A stretch of DNA of 64,000 bases from Podarcis vaucheri (Eukaryota): NCBI GenBank assembly GCA_965113315.1, contig OZ220365.1; one strand, given 5' to 3'. The position numbers were made by a program, and so were the translations under genes. Below are positions 13,790 to 28,118 of the stretch, piece after piece (positions within the stretch are counted from its first letter, which is position 1; every line of letters starts with the position of its first letter). The notes under the pieces were generated by a model, which was not told the DNA's origin, did no database searches, and saw only the letters and a program-made list of their open reading frames with translations.

Positions 13790-13926
13790 TCACAGAACCA
13801 CTGAGCTGGAGGGGACCCTGAGGGTCATCTAGCCCAACCCGCTGCACTACAGGAACTGTTTGCCCAATGTGGGACTTGAACCAACGAAGCTGAGATTCAG
13901 AGTCTCATGTCTACCACTTGAGCTAT
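13790..13926 (-). mobile_element. tRNA(Lys-like)-headed SINE with CR1-type tail
   Basis: Minus strand atagctcaagtggtagacatgagactctgaatctc...ggttcaagtcccacattgggca plus gggttgggctagatgaccctcagggtccc. Confidence 0.7.
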
Positions 13927-15972
13927 GTATCCCCTACCTGTAAGGTCAAACAAAAAGTGACGAAGGTTCACAACCGGATCTTCCAACTTATTTCTGTTGA
14001 CACTTAAAAGCAGGTATGAGAGGGGATATTGACTGGGATTTTCCCACTGGGATTTACTTTTCCCCTCTGTGCTCTTTCTCCAGTTTGCCTCCCTAAAATA
14101 GCTGTTAATTTGTGGGGTCTCGTCTCTTTATTCTTTCCACGCTTTTTGGTGGATGAAACTGGATTAGCTATGTGATTAAGACACAAAGATTCTCAAAACT
14201 AAAATCCATTGTCAAATGAAAATTCTGGCAAATCAAGGAACACAACCAATTCCTACTGAGAGCTAGCTACATTATTTGGGTTTTTTATCATAAAATGAGC
14301 ACATGGAGGTATCTTTCCTATACAGCAGTGAAAGATACCAGAGAACCCTCTGGGATGATCATTAAATCAGTAAGAAAAAAGCAAGTCATGGCAATACTGC
14401 CACATGTTTGCTTCCACCAAGATATTTCTCTCTCTCTCCTTTGCTCAAAGGTCATCACCATACTTCATTCCTTGTTCCTAATGATACCAGTGGGTGTGCT
14501 TTTGATGTTTTCTCCTATTCAGAATGATATATGGCATTATTCACCCCACTAGTTGGCTTTCTAGCCTTGCAAACAAATATAAACATTAGGGGAAGAGAAG
14601 CAGCCACCTGTAAAATTGGTGAGAAAAACAAATACACGTCCTCCAACACAGACCCAGACTGGCAATCTTGCAGCCCTCGAAAATGCTAGAGGGGTTGGTG
14701 TACTCAAGGGTTGGGGTATGTGTCAATATCCATGATATTGCATCAAATGGATCATGCCCATGCACAGTCCTTGGATTTATTTCTTGCATTTACAAAGTGC
14801 TACTTTGGTTTCACTGGCTGGTATTCTGGAAAACAGCAGGAAGATGGAAGGTTCTTTCTTACCCATCAGTCACTTAGCATGGAAATAATATTTGGTGTGC
14901 AGTATGCTAAAAAGCTCTTACACAAGGGGAAGACAGAAGGCCATGATCCTTTTGCTGCAGATTCTAGAGGAGTCTGGTGCTGAAATCCAAAACACAGAGC
15001 AACCTCAGTGTTGATTTTATACTCCACAGAGTCCACTACAGGATACGCTTCCCAATATCCCAGTTAAATAAAAGTACTTGTATTTAATTTGACAGTGGTT
15101 CTTAAGCACAGCTGCTTCTGGAAGAAGCCCCTAAGGTCCTCATGGAACTTTTTTCCAGAGTAAACTCTGTAGGATTGCACCCTTGTTGGATTTGAATCTA
15201 AACAATTTGACTTAAACTGGCCAGCATGAAAGGGCAACAAAAGCCAACTTCTCTCTTTCTTTCACCACCTTTATTTTTTTTTGGGGGGGGACCCCAACCT
15301 AAAACAAAACCCTATTATAAGATTTAGAACTACCAAAGAATAGAGAGGAGTAAGACTCAAACTTTACAGTATCAGATCTGAAAGACGCACCTTCAGGTTG
15401 AACAAGGAAAGGGAAAAAAGGTTGAGAGAAGCAATAACAATCATGGGCAACATAGACACATTTTGGGAGAATTTATTCATTTTCATGAAGTCTGCTTTCT
15501 AATGCTAAGGGGTAGAATTTTCTGTGCTTAAATCAAGAGTAGTGGGTTGAAGTGGAAACATTAAAGGAGCAAACTTCAAGCCACACACACTGGGGCTGCA
15601 AGAAGTGACAATTTTCCTGTTTCTTTTTTCACTAGTTGTCAACAACAGCTTTTATCTGAATGCCTCAGCTGGATCAGAAGCATTCATCACCTTTTTGCTG
15701 TGGACCAACTAAAGATGCTATGTATCCCTAGTATACAATCTGAACTGGGACTGGTGTGCTATAAATGCCAACGCCAGTTCTTAATCCCAATTCATTGTTG
15801 TCCCCAAAGCAATGAATAGAAACTGTTCTGTACACACGCAAGCATCTACGCTTCATCTCCATTGCTTAGGCCATGTACGTATAGTAGTCGGCAGTATTTT
15901 CTCCCTTTACCATATATAAGCATAGGGCAGGATAGCAACCTTCTTTGAGCAAAGACTTTCACTGGTGGCCTC

Positions 15973-16325
15973 TAGGGATAGGTGATCTATTGGTACATCG
16001 CCCAAAACCAGTTTGAAGTCCATATTGTGATATCGGTTTCATAGTTCTTGACCTGGCAATATATCGTGAATCATGATATGTGTGTGTGTGTTATGCAAAA
16101 ATCACAATGTGGGAAAAACCGTGAAGCCAGCCAATGCCTCTACATAGCTCCATCCTTATTTCAGACACTGTGATATATCAGTATATTGCGATGTTTAGCT
16201 GGTAGTGTATTACGAAGCTGAAAACAAGCTCCATCCTTATTTCAGATATCATGATATGTCAGTATATCACAATGTATAGCTGGTGATATATCGCAATGTT
16301 GAAAACCAGATCTTGCTCAGCCCTA
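15973..16325. mobile_element. Old hAT-like element (TAGGG...CCCTA termini) with an internal tandem duplication of about 80 bp
   Basis: GATATC/GCGAT-rich subterminal motifs; agctccatccttatttcaga repeated at 16146 and 16227. Confidence 0.55.
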
Positions 16326-17120
16326 CCTAGTGACCTCTGGGAATATGATGTGTTTGTATGATTCTTCTAACTCCATTTTTTATTTATATAGTAAAGACTT
16401 TCTCTGACTGAAATGCTTCAGACTGCAAGTGAGGAAGGGATTGCATGTGTGCTGCCTAGGAGGAAAAAAAGAAGTTTCCTGCCCATAGAAAAAGAGCATA
16501 ATCAGGAAGAAGGTTGGGATGAACCCATCTCTTGTTTCCTATATGTAGTAGGTGCTTTAATGCGACAGCAAAAAAGCAATCCTCCTTTACTTGCAACCTG
16601 AAAGAACTCAGTCCAAGGAAGGGGAAATTGCCATTTGTTTCTGCTGAATGTATAAACTGGCCTTGGCCTAGTTCACTGAGATCTTTGCTAGAAAAATGGC
16701 TCCACTACTAGTCTAGACAGTCTGGAACTACCTTGTATCCTTTTGGCTGCTTTTCCCAACCACCCCCTTGCTTCTGTCTGCTAAGCTTTGGACTGACTCC
16801 TGCATTCTTGTCTTGACAACTGGATCTTGCATGCCTGCTGTAAATACTATGTACAAAAACTCCAACTGCCATCCTATGTGCTCTCCCAAGCCACCCTTTG
16901 TGTGGCGTGAAGAGTGAGTACTCTACATTGCCGAACACTGTGGCTACCCCAGCTGTTTCTCTAGCACTTGGTGGAGATGTAAGCTCAGATTGGTGCTGCT
17001 TTTCTAGAGATATAGCAATGCTGTATTATTATTAATGCAATGCTGCAGAAGCTGCCCACATATATGTGCTCTGTCTCCTGGCTTGACAGGACTAGGTCTT
17101 TTAATGCCAGAAGAAACTAA

Positions 17121-17355
17121 GGGTTCCAGCATGGTGTTGTGGTTAGAGTGCTGGACCAGAACCTGGAAGAACAGGGTTCAAAACCCCACTCAGCCATGAA
17201 GCACACTATGTGACCTTGGGCCTGTCACTGTCTCCTAGCCTAACGTACCTCACAGAGTGATTGTCAAGATAAAATTAGGAAGGAGGCGAACCATGCTGGC
17301 TGCCTTGAATTCCTTGTAAAAAAAGCTATAAATATAACAATAAATAAATAAATAA
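17121..17355 (+). mobile_element. Ther1/Squam3-type SINE
   Basis: ccagcatggtgttgtggttagagtgctggac head, tgaccttgggcctgtcac core and (AATA)n tail. Confidence 0.8.
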
Positions 17356-18462
17356 TGAATAGAAAGTTCACAATAGGTTAAAATAAATGTTTTTGCAGTG
17401 AGCACTGATAGGAAATGGAATGTATCCTAAATAAATGGAATTTTCCCCAAGCAGAAAAGTATATGCTGATTATCAGAGGACGAAGGAAGTTTAGCAAACT
17501 CACATTATTCAAGAAATGGGTGATGCGCTGGAGTGAAGCAATGCTACACAGAAAGATGTTCTGCTTATTTTGTTTGTTTTTGCAAGATGTCTGCCTATCA
17601 TTGTCCTGGAAACGATTCAATAATCTAAAAGCAAAACAGGATGTAAATATCTCTGGCAACTGACTAGAAGCATTACTTCAAAAAAGATTAAACCATTACA
17701 AGATTACAGCACTGTCCTTCATAGGACTATACATATTTGCTTTTAGAAAGTTGTGTTTCATCATTGGCACAACACACCTCACTTTATCAGCGATGAAAAC
17801 CTACATTCACACTGCCTCCTTTTCATAGCTGTACTTCTCAAGTGTCTGCATTTAAGAGCCCTCTCTGAAAAATGTGAATACCTAACACAGCACACAGAGA
17901 GCAGGTCATACCAAAACTCAGCCACAGGTAGGACTGTGAGTAAACCACAATTATGTGTAAGCTGAAGAGAGACCACGGACTGTTACGTGGTGGGGAGTGG
18001 GTCATCTTCCTACCAACTTCATGTTTCATTTAGAACGAACATGAAAATAAGCTTCTAGCCCTTCTAGTTGGTGAGCAGTGTTTGAAATTAGCCTGGTGGC
18101 AGACACATTTTGCTACTGGCTGGCAGGTCCAATTGCGACTACGTGGAGATTTCTGGGTGCCAGCTTGGCAGCCACAGTTTAAAAACCTCTTCCTTAGTCC
18201 ATCGTTAATATCGTTTCCATTTCCACTGTGTGTGTTTCTCCTTCCTGAACTGGGAAAAGTGAATTGTTGTAAGAGCAAGCTACAGTCAAGCAATATAGCT
18301 GAGATCGTAGAATTGTAGCGTTGGAAGGGACCCCGAGGGTGATTTAGTCGAATTCCCCAGTGAATAGACATTCCGTTGTGCTGACTGCAACCTAGATTCA
18401 AGATGCCATTTGGCGCTCAGCTAATATACCTGAGTTTCTAACACTGTAGAGATCTCACTGTA

Positions 18463-18717
18463 GAGAGCCAGTGTGGTGTAGTGGTTAAGAGCGGTAGTCT
18501 CGTAATCTGGGGAACCGGGTTCGCGTCTCCACTCCTCCACATGCAGCTGCTGGGTGACTTTGGGCCAGTCACACTTCTCTGAAGTCTCTCAGCCCCACTC
18601 ACCTCACAGAGTGTTTGTTGTGGGGAAGGAAGGGAAGGGAGAATGTTAGCCGCTTTGAGACTCCTTAAAGGGAGTGAAAGGCGGGATATCGAATCCAAAC
18701 TCTTCTTCTTCTTCTTC
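18463..18717 (+). mobile_element. Young full-length Squam3B-type SINE
   Basis: GAGAGCCAGTGTGGTGTAGTGGTTAAGAGCGG head with A/B boxes, core, intact CpGs and a (CTT)n tail. Confidence 0.85.
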
Positions 18718-19496
18718 TCAGAAGAGAGGAAGGCAGTGCCTGCCTGTCTTTGCATCAGATATCACTGCTTTCTACCTCCCTCTAGAACACTGTTCTACTA
18801 AGTATAATATCTAGTGCTGAGCATCAGCACCACAGTGGTGACTTCTGCAGAAACGGCTATCTCCCCAAGATCACTGCAGTCTCGTTCAACAGCAGTCCAT
18901 TTGCAGACCAGCCACAGGAACTTTGAGATGGCTGTGGGAAGTCCTTACTCAATAGCCTAAGAACAGAGTGCAAGCTCCATACAAAAGGAAATGTTTTGAA
19001 TACAGAAGTTCTCGGGTTCAATCCCTGTCACCCTCAGTTAAAAGTGGATTTTCATTGTTGAGCATGCTCCTTCTTATGTGAATGTAGGGTTACAATCAAG
19101 ATTAACACTGGTCTAGGTGAGAGCTAGGAAAGAAGTCTGGTTGGTGAGAGACATGCCGCCACCACCACCTGCCATGGTAGGAAAGACCTTCTTTTGGGCA
19201 ATTCTGGAGGTCTGTTTTGTTGATAAATTGCTACTGCATTGGGTTGCGATGCTTTGCTTTTAATAACTGGCATAGTATTCCTCTTTTTAACAGCTGCTAT
19301 ATATTACTTTAAAAACACCTGGGTGTTGTGTTATATAGCTCCTGGTGTTCTTATTCTTCCCCTTTATGAGAAGCACATGCATTTTAACAAGCTTAGGGAG
19401 GGCAACGTGGGCCTCCCAATCATCAGCATTCTCGGTAGGGGCGATAAGGTCGTTGTGGAACACAGATGGGCCCATTAAGGGAAATGGGGATATTTT

Positions 19497-19800
19497 ATTT
19501 TATTTAAACTTCAAGGCTACCCTTCATCTGGACAGATTCCTGGGTGGTTTACAAGGAATTAATAAAGCACAATTAAAACCATGAAACAAAGCAACCGTTT
19601 AAAATAATGCCATACAAAATGGGCAAATAACAGCAGCAAACATAACACACCCATACACCCAGGGCTTCCACAATCTAAACAATTCCATGAAGGGCCAGGG
19701 TGAGCAGGTATGTTCTCACTCGGTGCTGGAAGCACCAACTGCACCTCCAGTGGAAGGGAATTCCACATTTGGGACACCACTGCAGAGAAAGATCTTCCTA
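19497..19800 (-). mobile_element. L2 LINE 3' fragment
   Basis: ctacccttcatctgg...gggtggtttaca tail and gggaattccacatttgggacaccactgcagagaaag ORF2-end motif. Confidence 0.65.
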
Positions 19801-22565
19801 AAGGGTGTATCCCTCTTCTCTTATGATGTTTGGATTCACAGAGCTCCATGTTGCATTTTATTCTGCCTTGGAAATAATGTATGAACAATTCTGGCTTATG
19901 CATGGACAGTCCAAAACACTGTGGATGGTTTGTAACACTATTGAGATTCCTCAGTCCCCACTGTCCTCAGGCAATTGTTCATCTACTTAACCAAATCAAC
20001 CTTTGTATTTAATTTACCTTGTGCTGCACTACACACTGACCTCATTCTTTCTATTTTTGACTTCATCCTTGTTGTCTCCTGAGTTAGCCTTCGGTTTCTC
20101 ATTCCCCCTGGTTGCAGTACACAACAGCTGTTGTTGATTTCTGCTGCAAATGCTCCAAAGATATGTTTTGCAAAACAGACGGTAGCATTGTAGCATTACG
20201 TATGGTCTGTTAGCATTTTAAAACTATGCCTACAATGGATACGGTTGTCCTCTTTATGCAGTAGAACCACCATTAGTTTTTCATTCACTTTATTTCGAAA
20301 AAAAGGTGGCTAATCTACCGCATCAGTACCTCCAGACAAGCAAGTCCACTTGGAACCATTCTAACCATTGGAAGCATTTAGTGAAGGACCAGCCAGCTGA
20401 GATCAGTGATGTGCAAGCAAGATTTCAGGTTCCATCCTTGACATATGATGAAAAATCTCACAAAGATGTAGTCCAAAATATCTGGAAGGCACCAGATTGG
20501 CAAAGGCTATGCTATACACATGTTTTTTTTTGCAAATTGTGACATATAAGCACACACCACAAATCAGAGGAAAACAAGGGATAGTTAGAAACACTGAAAT
20601 GCAGAGGATTTAATGTGGATGCTTTGTAAAAAGTGAGAGAACAAAAGGTTGAAATTCCACGGGGGGGGGGGAACAGGATTGAAACATGTTCTGAGACAAC
20701 CAGAGCTTTCTGACTGTAGGGACTTTGAGGCTGGGGGAGAAGTGGCTGGCTGCATGCTCTCTTTCTTCTACATTGCATTTCCTAATGGTACTGTGAACGA
20801 TGGGTATCTCTCGTTCGTCCCTCCAAACTTCCAAAAGAGACACAACCATCTCTTTTGCTCAGTACTTCCCGGTTCTCTAGGTCTCAAGGCTCATCAGTCC
20901 CATGTCCCTTCTAAGGGTCATGGTGAACATGCCCCAACCAAGTACACCACCGATGCAGGAAAAGGACAGTGGGGAATGCAGAAAGAAATTTTAAATGAAC
21001 ATATTCCCGAATGAAGACAGAGTAAGCACACATTCATGCACCACTAGGTTATTGAAGCTGGCCCAATCTCAGTAAAAAGCTAGCCATAATGGTCAAAGAA
21101 ACTCTACGGAAAAAAATAGTTATGTCTTGATATAAAACATGATAAAAGCAATAATAAGATCTTCCCTGGTTATAAAACCAATTTAAAGTAAAAGGCCTGT
21201 GACAAATGGAGCCTATGTACATGCAGGCATTTATGATTTAAAGCACAACTGGCCAAAGAATTTGTACTAGTGAAACCTACGCCAATTTTATAATTATCTT
21301 CAGTGGGACATGAATGCGATGCACTAAGCATAAATCACATTTTACCGGTAATTGCATAGCCACCTCATCTTTTCTGCACGTTCTGTTGATACATTAACTC
21401 CCTGCTGCCAACTTCTTGCTGTTCATATATCAAAGCCTTCCCCTTGTCCTCGTCCCCACCCCTGTACTCAATTTAGTTCATGTAGCAATCTACTTCCCTG
21501 CTTTCTGTGCCTGTGGACAGCTAGCATCCCCAGGTGGTCTCCCATCCAGACAAAGGTCGGGATGGAGCCTGCTTAGTTTCTAAGATCAGATCCATAAACG
21601 TATCTCTGAAATTGCCAATTTCTTAGGAGTTATTGGTCAATGCAGCTCCTGTTTATAGTCAGCACAAATTATGACAACCCTGTACATGAGTAGAATTTAC
21701 TTCTGACTCCTTAGCAATGGTATCTCGTAAGGAATCAAAATTTGCAGAGGGGGCCTTATTGGTTAACCCTCCTCTTTGCAGCACACAGACATACATTTCC
21801 CCTCCTTTCCATATCCAACCGTTAAATCAGGGTTGGGAACATTCCGCAGCTGGAGGGTTACATTCTTTTGTGGGGAATCTTCCAAAGTCATATGCTAGTG
21901 GTGGGTGGGGTGAGAGGTGAAAAGGGGGCAATACAATATATGTGACTTTGACATGTACACTGTGCTATGTTCTAGTCATGCAAAAGTGTTTCTGAAAGCA
22001 CACATGCACACACCACCATCCAGGCAAGCTAGACATTATCATAGTTCAAGGACACATTTCAGCCAGGGGGTGGTGAGGGGTGTGGACTAGGAAGGACGTG
22101 GAGCTTGTGGAGCGCTCCAGAGGTTGGAGAGAGAAGCTACCATCTAGTGGATCTACACAGAAATATTGATTGCCCTTAAGTCATAGGAAAGGTATCACAG
22201 ATTTCAACAGCATCCCAGTTTCTGATTTCTTCTAACTGGTAGGTGCTCTTCTAGCATTTTCAGATTATTGTTCTGAAGACCTCCCTCAGCCTACAATCCA
22301 AGACCTTTTTGGACTGCCAAAATATTAGCATCCAAATAACGTTTTTCTATATATTCTAGGTCTTATATTTAAGAAGCCCTGGAGGGTTCTAGTTATGTAC
22401 TCTTTAGATACCTGTCAGAATTAGGCTGTATAAACTGACAGAATACTATTTAAAAAGTCAAAACAACTGAATGAAGACCGCACCTGCCTGTTGGCAAGAT
22501 GGCCTAAGATACCAATAGCATGAAACACGTATTGCTTATGCATATTTCTGTCCTATGGGCTGGCG

Positions 22566-22616
<51 letters not shown>

Positions 22617-22619
22617 ACA
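22566..22619. repeat. (CT)n(CA)n compound microsatellite
   Basis: Read directly. Confidence 0.95.
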
Positions 22620-22974
22620 TTCTGGTTTCCTACAAATCTGATCAAATTTTGCTCAAACATTTTGATACATTGTATATATTCTTTTCAATGTAGTGATTAT
22701 TTATTAATTCAGCTTAATAATATTTTTGAAATCATTTGTATCTGACCTTTTAGGCTTTTCTCTAAAGCGGCTCACAAGAAGACGGAAAGAAAACATGACA
22801 ACATCCAGTCAAACCAAGTCCAGAACAAAATTAGCCAAAACGCAAGAATAGAGATCAAACATTCAAACCAGATTAAAAGCCAAGCAAAATACAACAAAGT
22901 CTCAGCAACTCACTTAAAAGCTTAAAAGGGAGCCAATCTAATCTCTCATGGAAAGGAGTTCCACAACTGAAAAA

Positions 22975-23460
22975 TTTCTCCTAACATTTCGTTGAAACTT
23001 GCTTCAATGCAATTTCTACCTGTTTCCTGTGCTCTGGAGCAACATATTCTGCAGAACAGCCCTTCCGACATCCGAACGCCCCTGTCACGCCACACCAACC
23101 ACACCCAACTCTTTCAACTGTTCCTCAAAGGACTTAATTTTCACACTCCTCGCCATCTTGGACACCTTCCTCTGGACATGCAGGAATGACATGATCAATC
23201 TAATGTCTGTACATTACAATGTCTTACAATGTGGAACTCAGAACACTGTACTTCAGATGCAGTACAGAACAGAGTGGAACTATTACTTTTCATATTCTGC
23301 TCCCATTAATGCAGCTTAATACTGCATTAACTTTTTATCACTCACATTGCGTCGCTGGCCCATGTTCAGTTTATGATCAGCTAAGTCACCTAGATGCCTT
23401 TCATGTGTACTTCTGCCATGCCTGGTTTACCCATCCTATATTGGAGAATTTGTTTCCTGG
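22975..23460 (-). mobile_element. CR1 LINE ORF2 fragment
   Basis: tccttttcaactgttcctc...ccatcttggacaccttcctctggacatg and tgtggaactcagaac...gtacttcagatgcagt are typical antisense CR1 RT 3' sequence. Confidence 0.7.
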
Positions 23461-24944
23461 TTCCAAAAGGCAGGATTTAACATTTACCTCTAAGCAGCAT
23501 TTGCTATAGCATTTCTTCTGTGTAAGGAAAAAGAAAGCACAAAATAGCACAGGCATGTGGGTTTAGAAGCATAGCTTTAGACTACAGTCTAGTTCTCATT
23601 AAGCTAATAAACCTATGTCTCACCTACACCTCTTAATTGCAAGTATACCTCAATATTTCTACTTGCAGGAGAGAAAGGCCCAAAGAGGTAACAAGGCAAA
23701 GAAAAATTAGTAAGAAAAATTGGAAGGAGATAAGCTATTAGTGTGAAACAAGCCCTTGTTGATGCATGCGCTGTGTGTGCTTATACTTTGGTGTATCTTC
23801 TGCATAAGGCATTTTGGATGGATGTTGAGTTTTGGTTCCCTTCATTCACGAGGAGAAAAATATTTGTCAGTTCTAAGGTGGTAAAACAGGAAGACTCAAG
23901 ACAAACCTCTTCTTCGTACTGCTCTCATGAAACAATTACACTCTGAGAGATTAACCAAGAGCTTATTTGTTATTAGTACAAGGACAAGGGCCTATATAAT
24001 TTGCTCCCTGTCCTAGAACAAAACAGCTATTGTACCGACAGGCAATTATTCGGAGGACTGTGATCAATTACACTGCGAACTGTTTCTGGTGTTTAATTGG
24101 GTTCTTAACCATTTAAACTATTAGATTTCATCTTTAGACAAGTCACTTTAATCAAGGTGGAATTGTTTTCTAGCTATTACGGCTCAGAAATGCAGCCTTC
24201 ATCCTCAGTACTTCTCCCCTGGGATAACTGGTAGATTGTATAATTCAGGTTTTGTAAAATGTTCCAAGATATGGTCAGATTTGTTCTCATGTTGAAGGAT
24301 CTCTCACAAAAGCAAGCAGGTAGGTAGTTTGCATCTCCCTGGCCAAAAGGCCTTCTTAGTATTCTCCGACCCTTCACAGAAATTAATGTTGGCCTGTGTA
24401 GACTCACTCCCAGAAATCAGTTTTAACAGTTGAGCAGAAGTTAAAAGCAAATTAGTTTTCCGTTTTGCTGAACATGCTAACAATTTTGGTTTAATTCACA
24501 AAAACATTAAGTCACTTGCACGTAGACAGGAGTCACTGGGAAGACATATGCAGAACCTCACACTCCATTTTAGTAGGACAGATTTAATTCTCAGGCAGGC
24601 ATACAGAACTCTACGAAACACTGTTAAATAATCAGAAACAGCATATTTTTTATTTTAAAAAAAAAAGTGTGAGCAAAACCAATCCTTCAAAAATCTTCAC
24701 ACGAGCACCAATTGTAGGACCTCAGAGCCGCATCTACAAGTAATTCCAAGCCAAGCAATTCGCTCTCTGGTGGTCACTCTCAGCACTCTTCCCCAGTGTA
24801 GCCCCTAACACTACTTTCTTATACATCCCAAATCCAAACAATAACCTTTTCATTCTGCCTCCCCACTCAATCTCTCCCAAACAACCATGATTCCAACTCA
24901 CTTGTACTTTCTGGCTTGTATCCAACCAAGTTTCACTCAGAGTT

Positions 24945-25170
24945 GAGCAGTTTGGCTGGTGCCTTCATCAGACACTTTTAAGCACCAGGTGTTCCTCTTC
25001 AGCCATGCCTTTGGCTAATTAACATCCACTACCCTTTTAAACGTGTTGTGGGAGGGGAGAGTATCGGTTTGTTTTTGCTCTTATTTTTATTATGTATTTT
25101 GTGGTTTTATAGTGTACTTTTATGTTGTGAACTGCCCTGAGATCTACAGGATGAAGGGTGGTATACAATT
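24945..25170 (+). mobile_element. L2 3' end
   Basis: gtgaactgccctgagatctacaggatgaagggtggtata tail; similar tails at about 9490-9550 and 63900-63970. Confidence 0.65.
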
Positions 25171-25937
25171 AATTGATTATCAATGGACCAAAAATAGTCA
25201 TGTTCATTAATTTCAATGGTCCTATGATGAATAGGGCTAGCACTGGATACAACCCTCTGTCTTATTCTCTAGATTCCCCATGGCTTTTTCATGCCAAGCA
25301 ATGCTCAATTCTGCTTTTAGAATTGTACTAGAATCCCTGTGTATTCATCTCAGCCCTAAACAGAAGAGCAGGCAAAAGCCACAACTTGTTAGAATCTCAG
25401 CAGTGAGGGGGATGGGACTGGGGACTGCTCTTTAATTAGTTGAAATTGTCTGCCACTGTTTGGCCAATTCCTCTAATACACATATTAAAAATGCAATTAT
25501 ATTATTTGGTTTTATGATTACGTTGTACGCCACTCTCGGTATCTCCCAGATGTTTTTGGCTACAGTTTCCATCATTGCCATCATCCGCCATGCTGTCTGA
25601 GGCTGATGGGAGTTGTAGTGCAAAACCTCTGGAGGTCCCCAGGTTGGGGAAGGCTGAACTAGGAGAAGCACTTCTGCTGATGCAAGGCACAGCCCCTGAT
25701 TTCCACCAGTTCCTCCTACCCAACAGCCCCCTATAAGCTTCTCCTGAGCTTTGGGTGGCCTTCTGTAACAGCGTGAGACAGAGAAATCAACCGGATGTCA
25801 TTTTTATGACATCATTCTGTACTGAATTCATTACAACCCTTTGCACATACAAGACATTCCTCTATACATCATTATTTCCACTTTGTAAATGGAAATTGGA
25901 AGCTGAGGGATAATGGACTTGATAAAGCCATCCAATG

Positions 25938-26107
25938 GCCTGGTTTGCACATAACACTAAGCTATAGTTAACATTAATCAAGCTTTATAAACCAACAACA
26001 ATTTACAAACATGGTTTGTCTGTGGTTAAGAAACTATGGTTTAGCTGCTGGGCTGGGTTCTGGTGATCAAATTAAAGTATGGTATAAGTGCTATGCGCAA
26101 ACCAGGC
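25938..26107. mobile_element. Palindromic MITE (PIF/Harbinger-like)
   Basis: GCCTGGTTTGCACATAACACT ... AGTGCTATGCGCAAACCAGGC inverted termini; relatives near 1490-1670 and 43730-43960. Confidence 0.6.
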
Positions 26108-27460
26108 GTGTTCATGGATGAGCTGTGATTTGATGCCTGGTCTCTTATGTTAAACTCCCATGCTAAATTTCTATATATCAATCAAGATTGCCCCTGATCA
26201 AAATCTAAAACAGTACTTTTATGGCCATTTTGGACCTTGCTTTAAATCAAGCTCATAAAAGCTTTTAAACCAAGTTAGGGTTAGCATAAGTCTGCTTTAG
26301 AATGAAGCATTATCTTACAAAATACAACAAAAAACTATGCTTCATTCCACACATTTTTATATTGGTACGTGTGTGCCATTTTTAAAGAGACTTTTGGATT
26401 GCTCGTAAGAATAAGCCATTTTTCAGTTTCAGGCTCTAACCATTATTTAAATCTAATTACTTTGCAGTAGTGGTTTTGTTTTGTTTTTTAAGAAAAAGCA
26501 CCACCACAGCTGCACTGTGGAGGCTGTCATATTCAATTGCTTATGGCTCTATGAGTCATTTAAGAGGTCTCTGTTCCAGGCATTCTATGTAATCTGTTAT
26601 CAGAGGGTCTTCCCTAGAATTGGAGAGGAGCATGATTGAGGCAGGTTTCTACAAGTGGCTTTTATTGGAATGCTTTCCATTATAATTCTACTATACTACA
26701 AAGTATTCAGCAGCATTTAATTTCCACCTGCATTTTACAAACAGATTCTAAGGGACACTATGCCCACATTTTCCTGCAATTATAGCCAATACGATTTTTT
26801 TACAGCATAAGAATAGAAAAATATAACTAATACAAGCAGGCAGTAATAAATTAAATACAAAAACAAAACCAGTAGGATCAAAAAGCAAACAAAACAGTTG
26901 CAGAATCAGTCCTCATATCTTGGAACATGAGTTTCACTGCACAAAGGCTTCATTCTCAAAAGACCTGGTACAACAATAGTACTTTTGTTTGCCTCCAGAA
27001 AATAAAAATAAAAATAAGGAAGTGCTTATGCCCTTGGAGATAAGCAGTACTAGAGTAGAACATTAGCAGATCTTAAAAGTTCACACACCAGAATGGTGCT
27101 GACAGCAAAACCCTATATTCTGATGTAGATGTTCCCAATATGCCATCTCCAATCAACTTCTATGGAAGTTTGCAACACAAAAGCATCCTGTCTCTGGCAT
27201 GCCCACTGTATCCCCAGTTCCTTACATATACACATTGGATTTCACACCTGTACACAGCCCACATTTTATGATGTATACTTTGGTCCCTATATATTCTTAT
27301 GCAAACAGGTTGTTCAATGTGCAGGTGTCGGGAGAGCCCAGGAGGATAGCAGTGGGAGGGTATAGGCCTCACCGTGCACCATTCCTGATCAAACTTTGGC
27401 CTGCATCTTACATTTCCTTTTTTATTTGGAACCTGTTTGGTCTTGCTCTAAAGGTAAGCC

Positions 27461-27604
27461 CAGGCATAGCAAATTTAGTGCCCTGCAGGTGTTGTTTTAC
27501 TCCAGCTTCCTTTGTCCGTGACCACTGGCCAAGTTATCCGGGGCTGAACGGAGTTGGGGTCCAACAATATCTGGGGAAGGTAGAGACCACGTGGGCTACG
27601 TCTG
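27461..27604. mobile_element. Old palindromic hAT MITE of about 140 bp, about 260 nt into the intron after the TULP4 donor
   Basis: Similar to the 136-bp family (tgaccactggcc...ggagttggggtccaacaatatctgg). Other old copies at about 5857, 8140, 25535, 52037, 53866 and 55147. Confidence 0.6.
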
Positions 27605-27866
27605 CTTTCTCTTTTAAGACAACCAATGCATACATTACAGCAAGGCATTACCAATGATAAAGATTACGGCAAGGCATTGCTGATAATAAACTTTAATCCA
27701 TCACAGTTATTTACTGAAGCAGGTGGGGCGATGGCAAGCAGCAATTTCATTTATTTTCCTAAGGCTTTTCTGTAATCTACCTATTTGGCACAAATGCCCT
27801 TTTATCAAAACAAACCACTGTGTTCACCTTTCTAAACTGAAACTTAAGAGCTTAGCATTTACTCAC

Positions 27867-28118
27867 CTCACTGTTGTGGCCCCTTAAATTGAAGTTGATG
27901 CGTTGCGGAGTGTTCCGGTCTCTTCTACAATGGCTGGAGGTGAACGTAACACCCACAACTCCTCTGCCATTGCCCGTCGCCAACCAGCCTTCCTCATAAT
28001 ATCGCCTGCGGCATACAGGCTTCTCCTTCTCACTTTTAGGAACCCTGCCTTTCCAAGAGAGGCAGAGGATGTTGGAATCACTACAGAGAACAGGCCCATG
28101 TTCCACTGCGGCATACAT
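27867..28118 (-). CDS. TULP4: Tubby-related protein 4, first coding segment (codons 1-84, start of the WD40 region); 3'-partial, continues beyond the left edge of the window
   Basis: Translation MYAAVEHGPVLCSDSNILCLSWKGRVPKSEKEKPVCRRRYYEEGWLATGNGRGVVGVTFTSSHCRRDRNTPQRINFNLRGHNSE matches the vertebrate TULP4 N-terminus as I recall it. ATG context GCAAAGCATGT has A at -3. The 252 nt end in phase 0 at a GAG|GTGAGT donor (plus strand actcac 27861-27866). Confidence 0.97.

Noticed and set aside
1-27860. Downstream TULP4 coding exons (VVLVRWNEP..., VSDFTWSHDG...)
   Set aside because: No matching sequence found by eye or in the ORF track; they probably lie left of the window.
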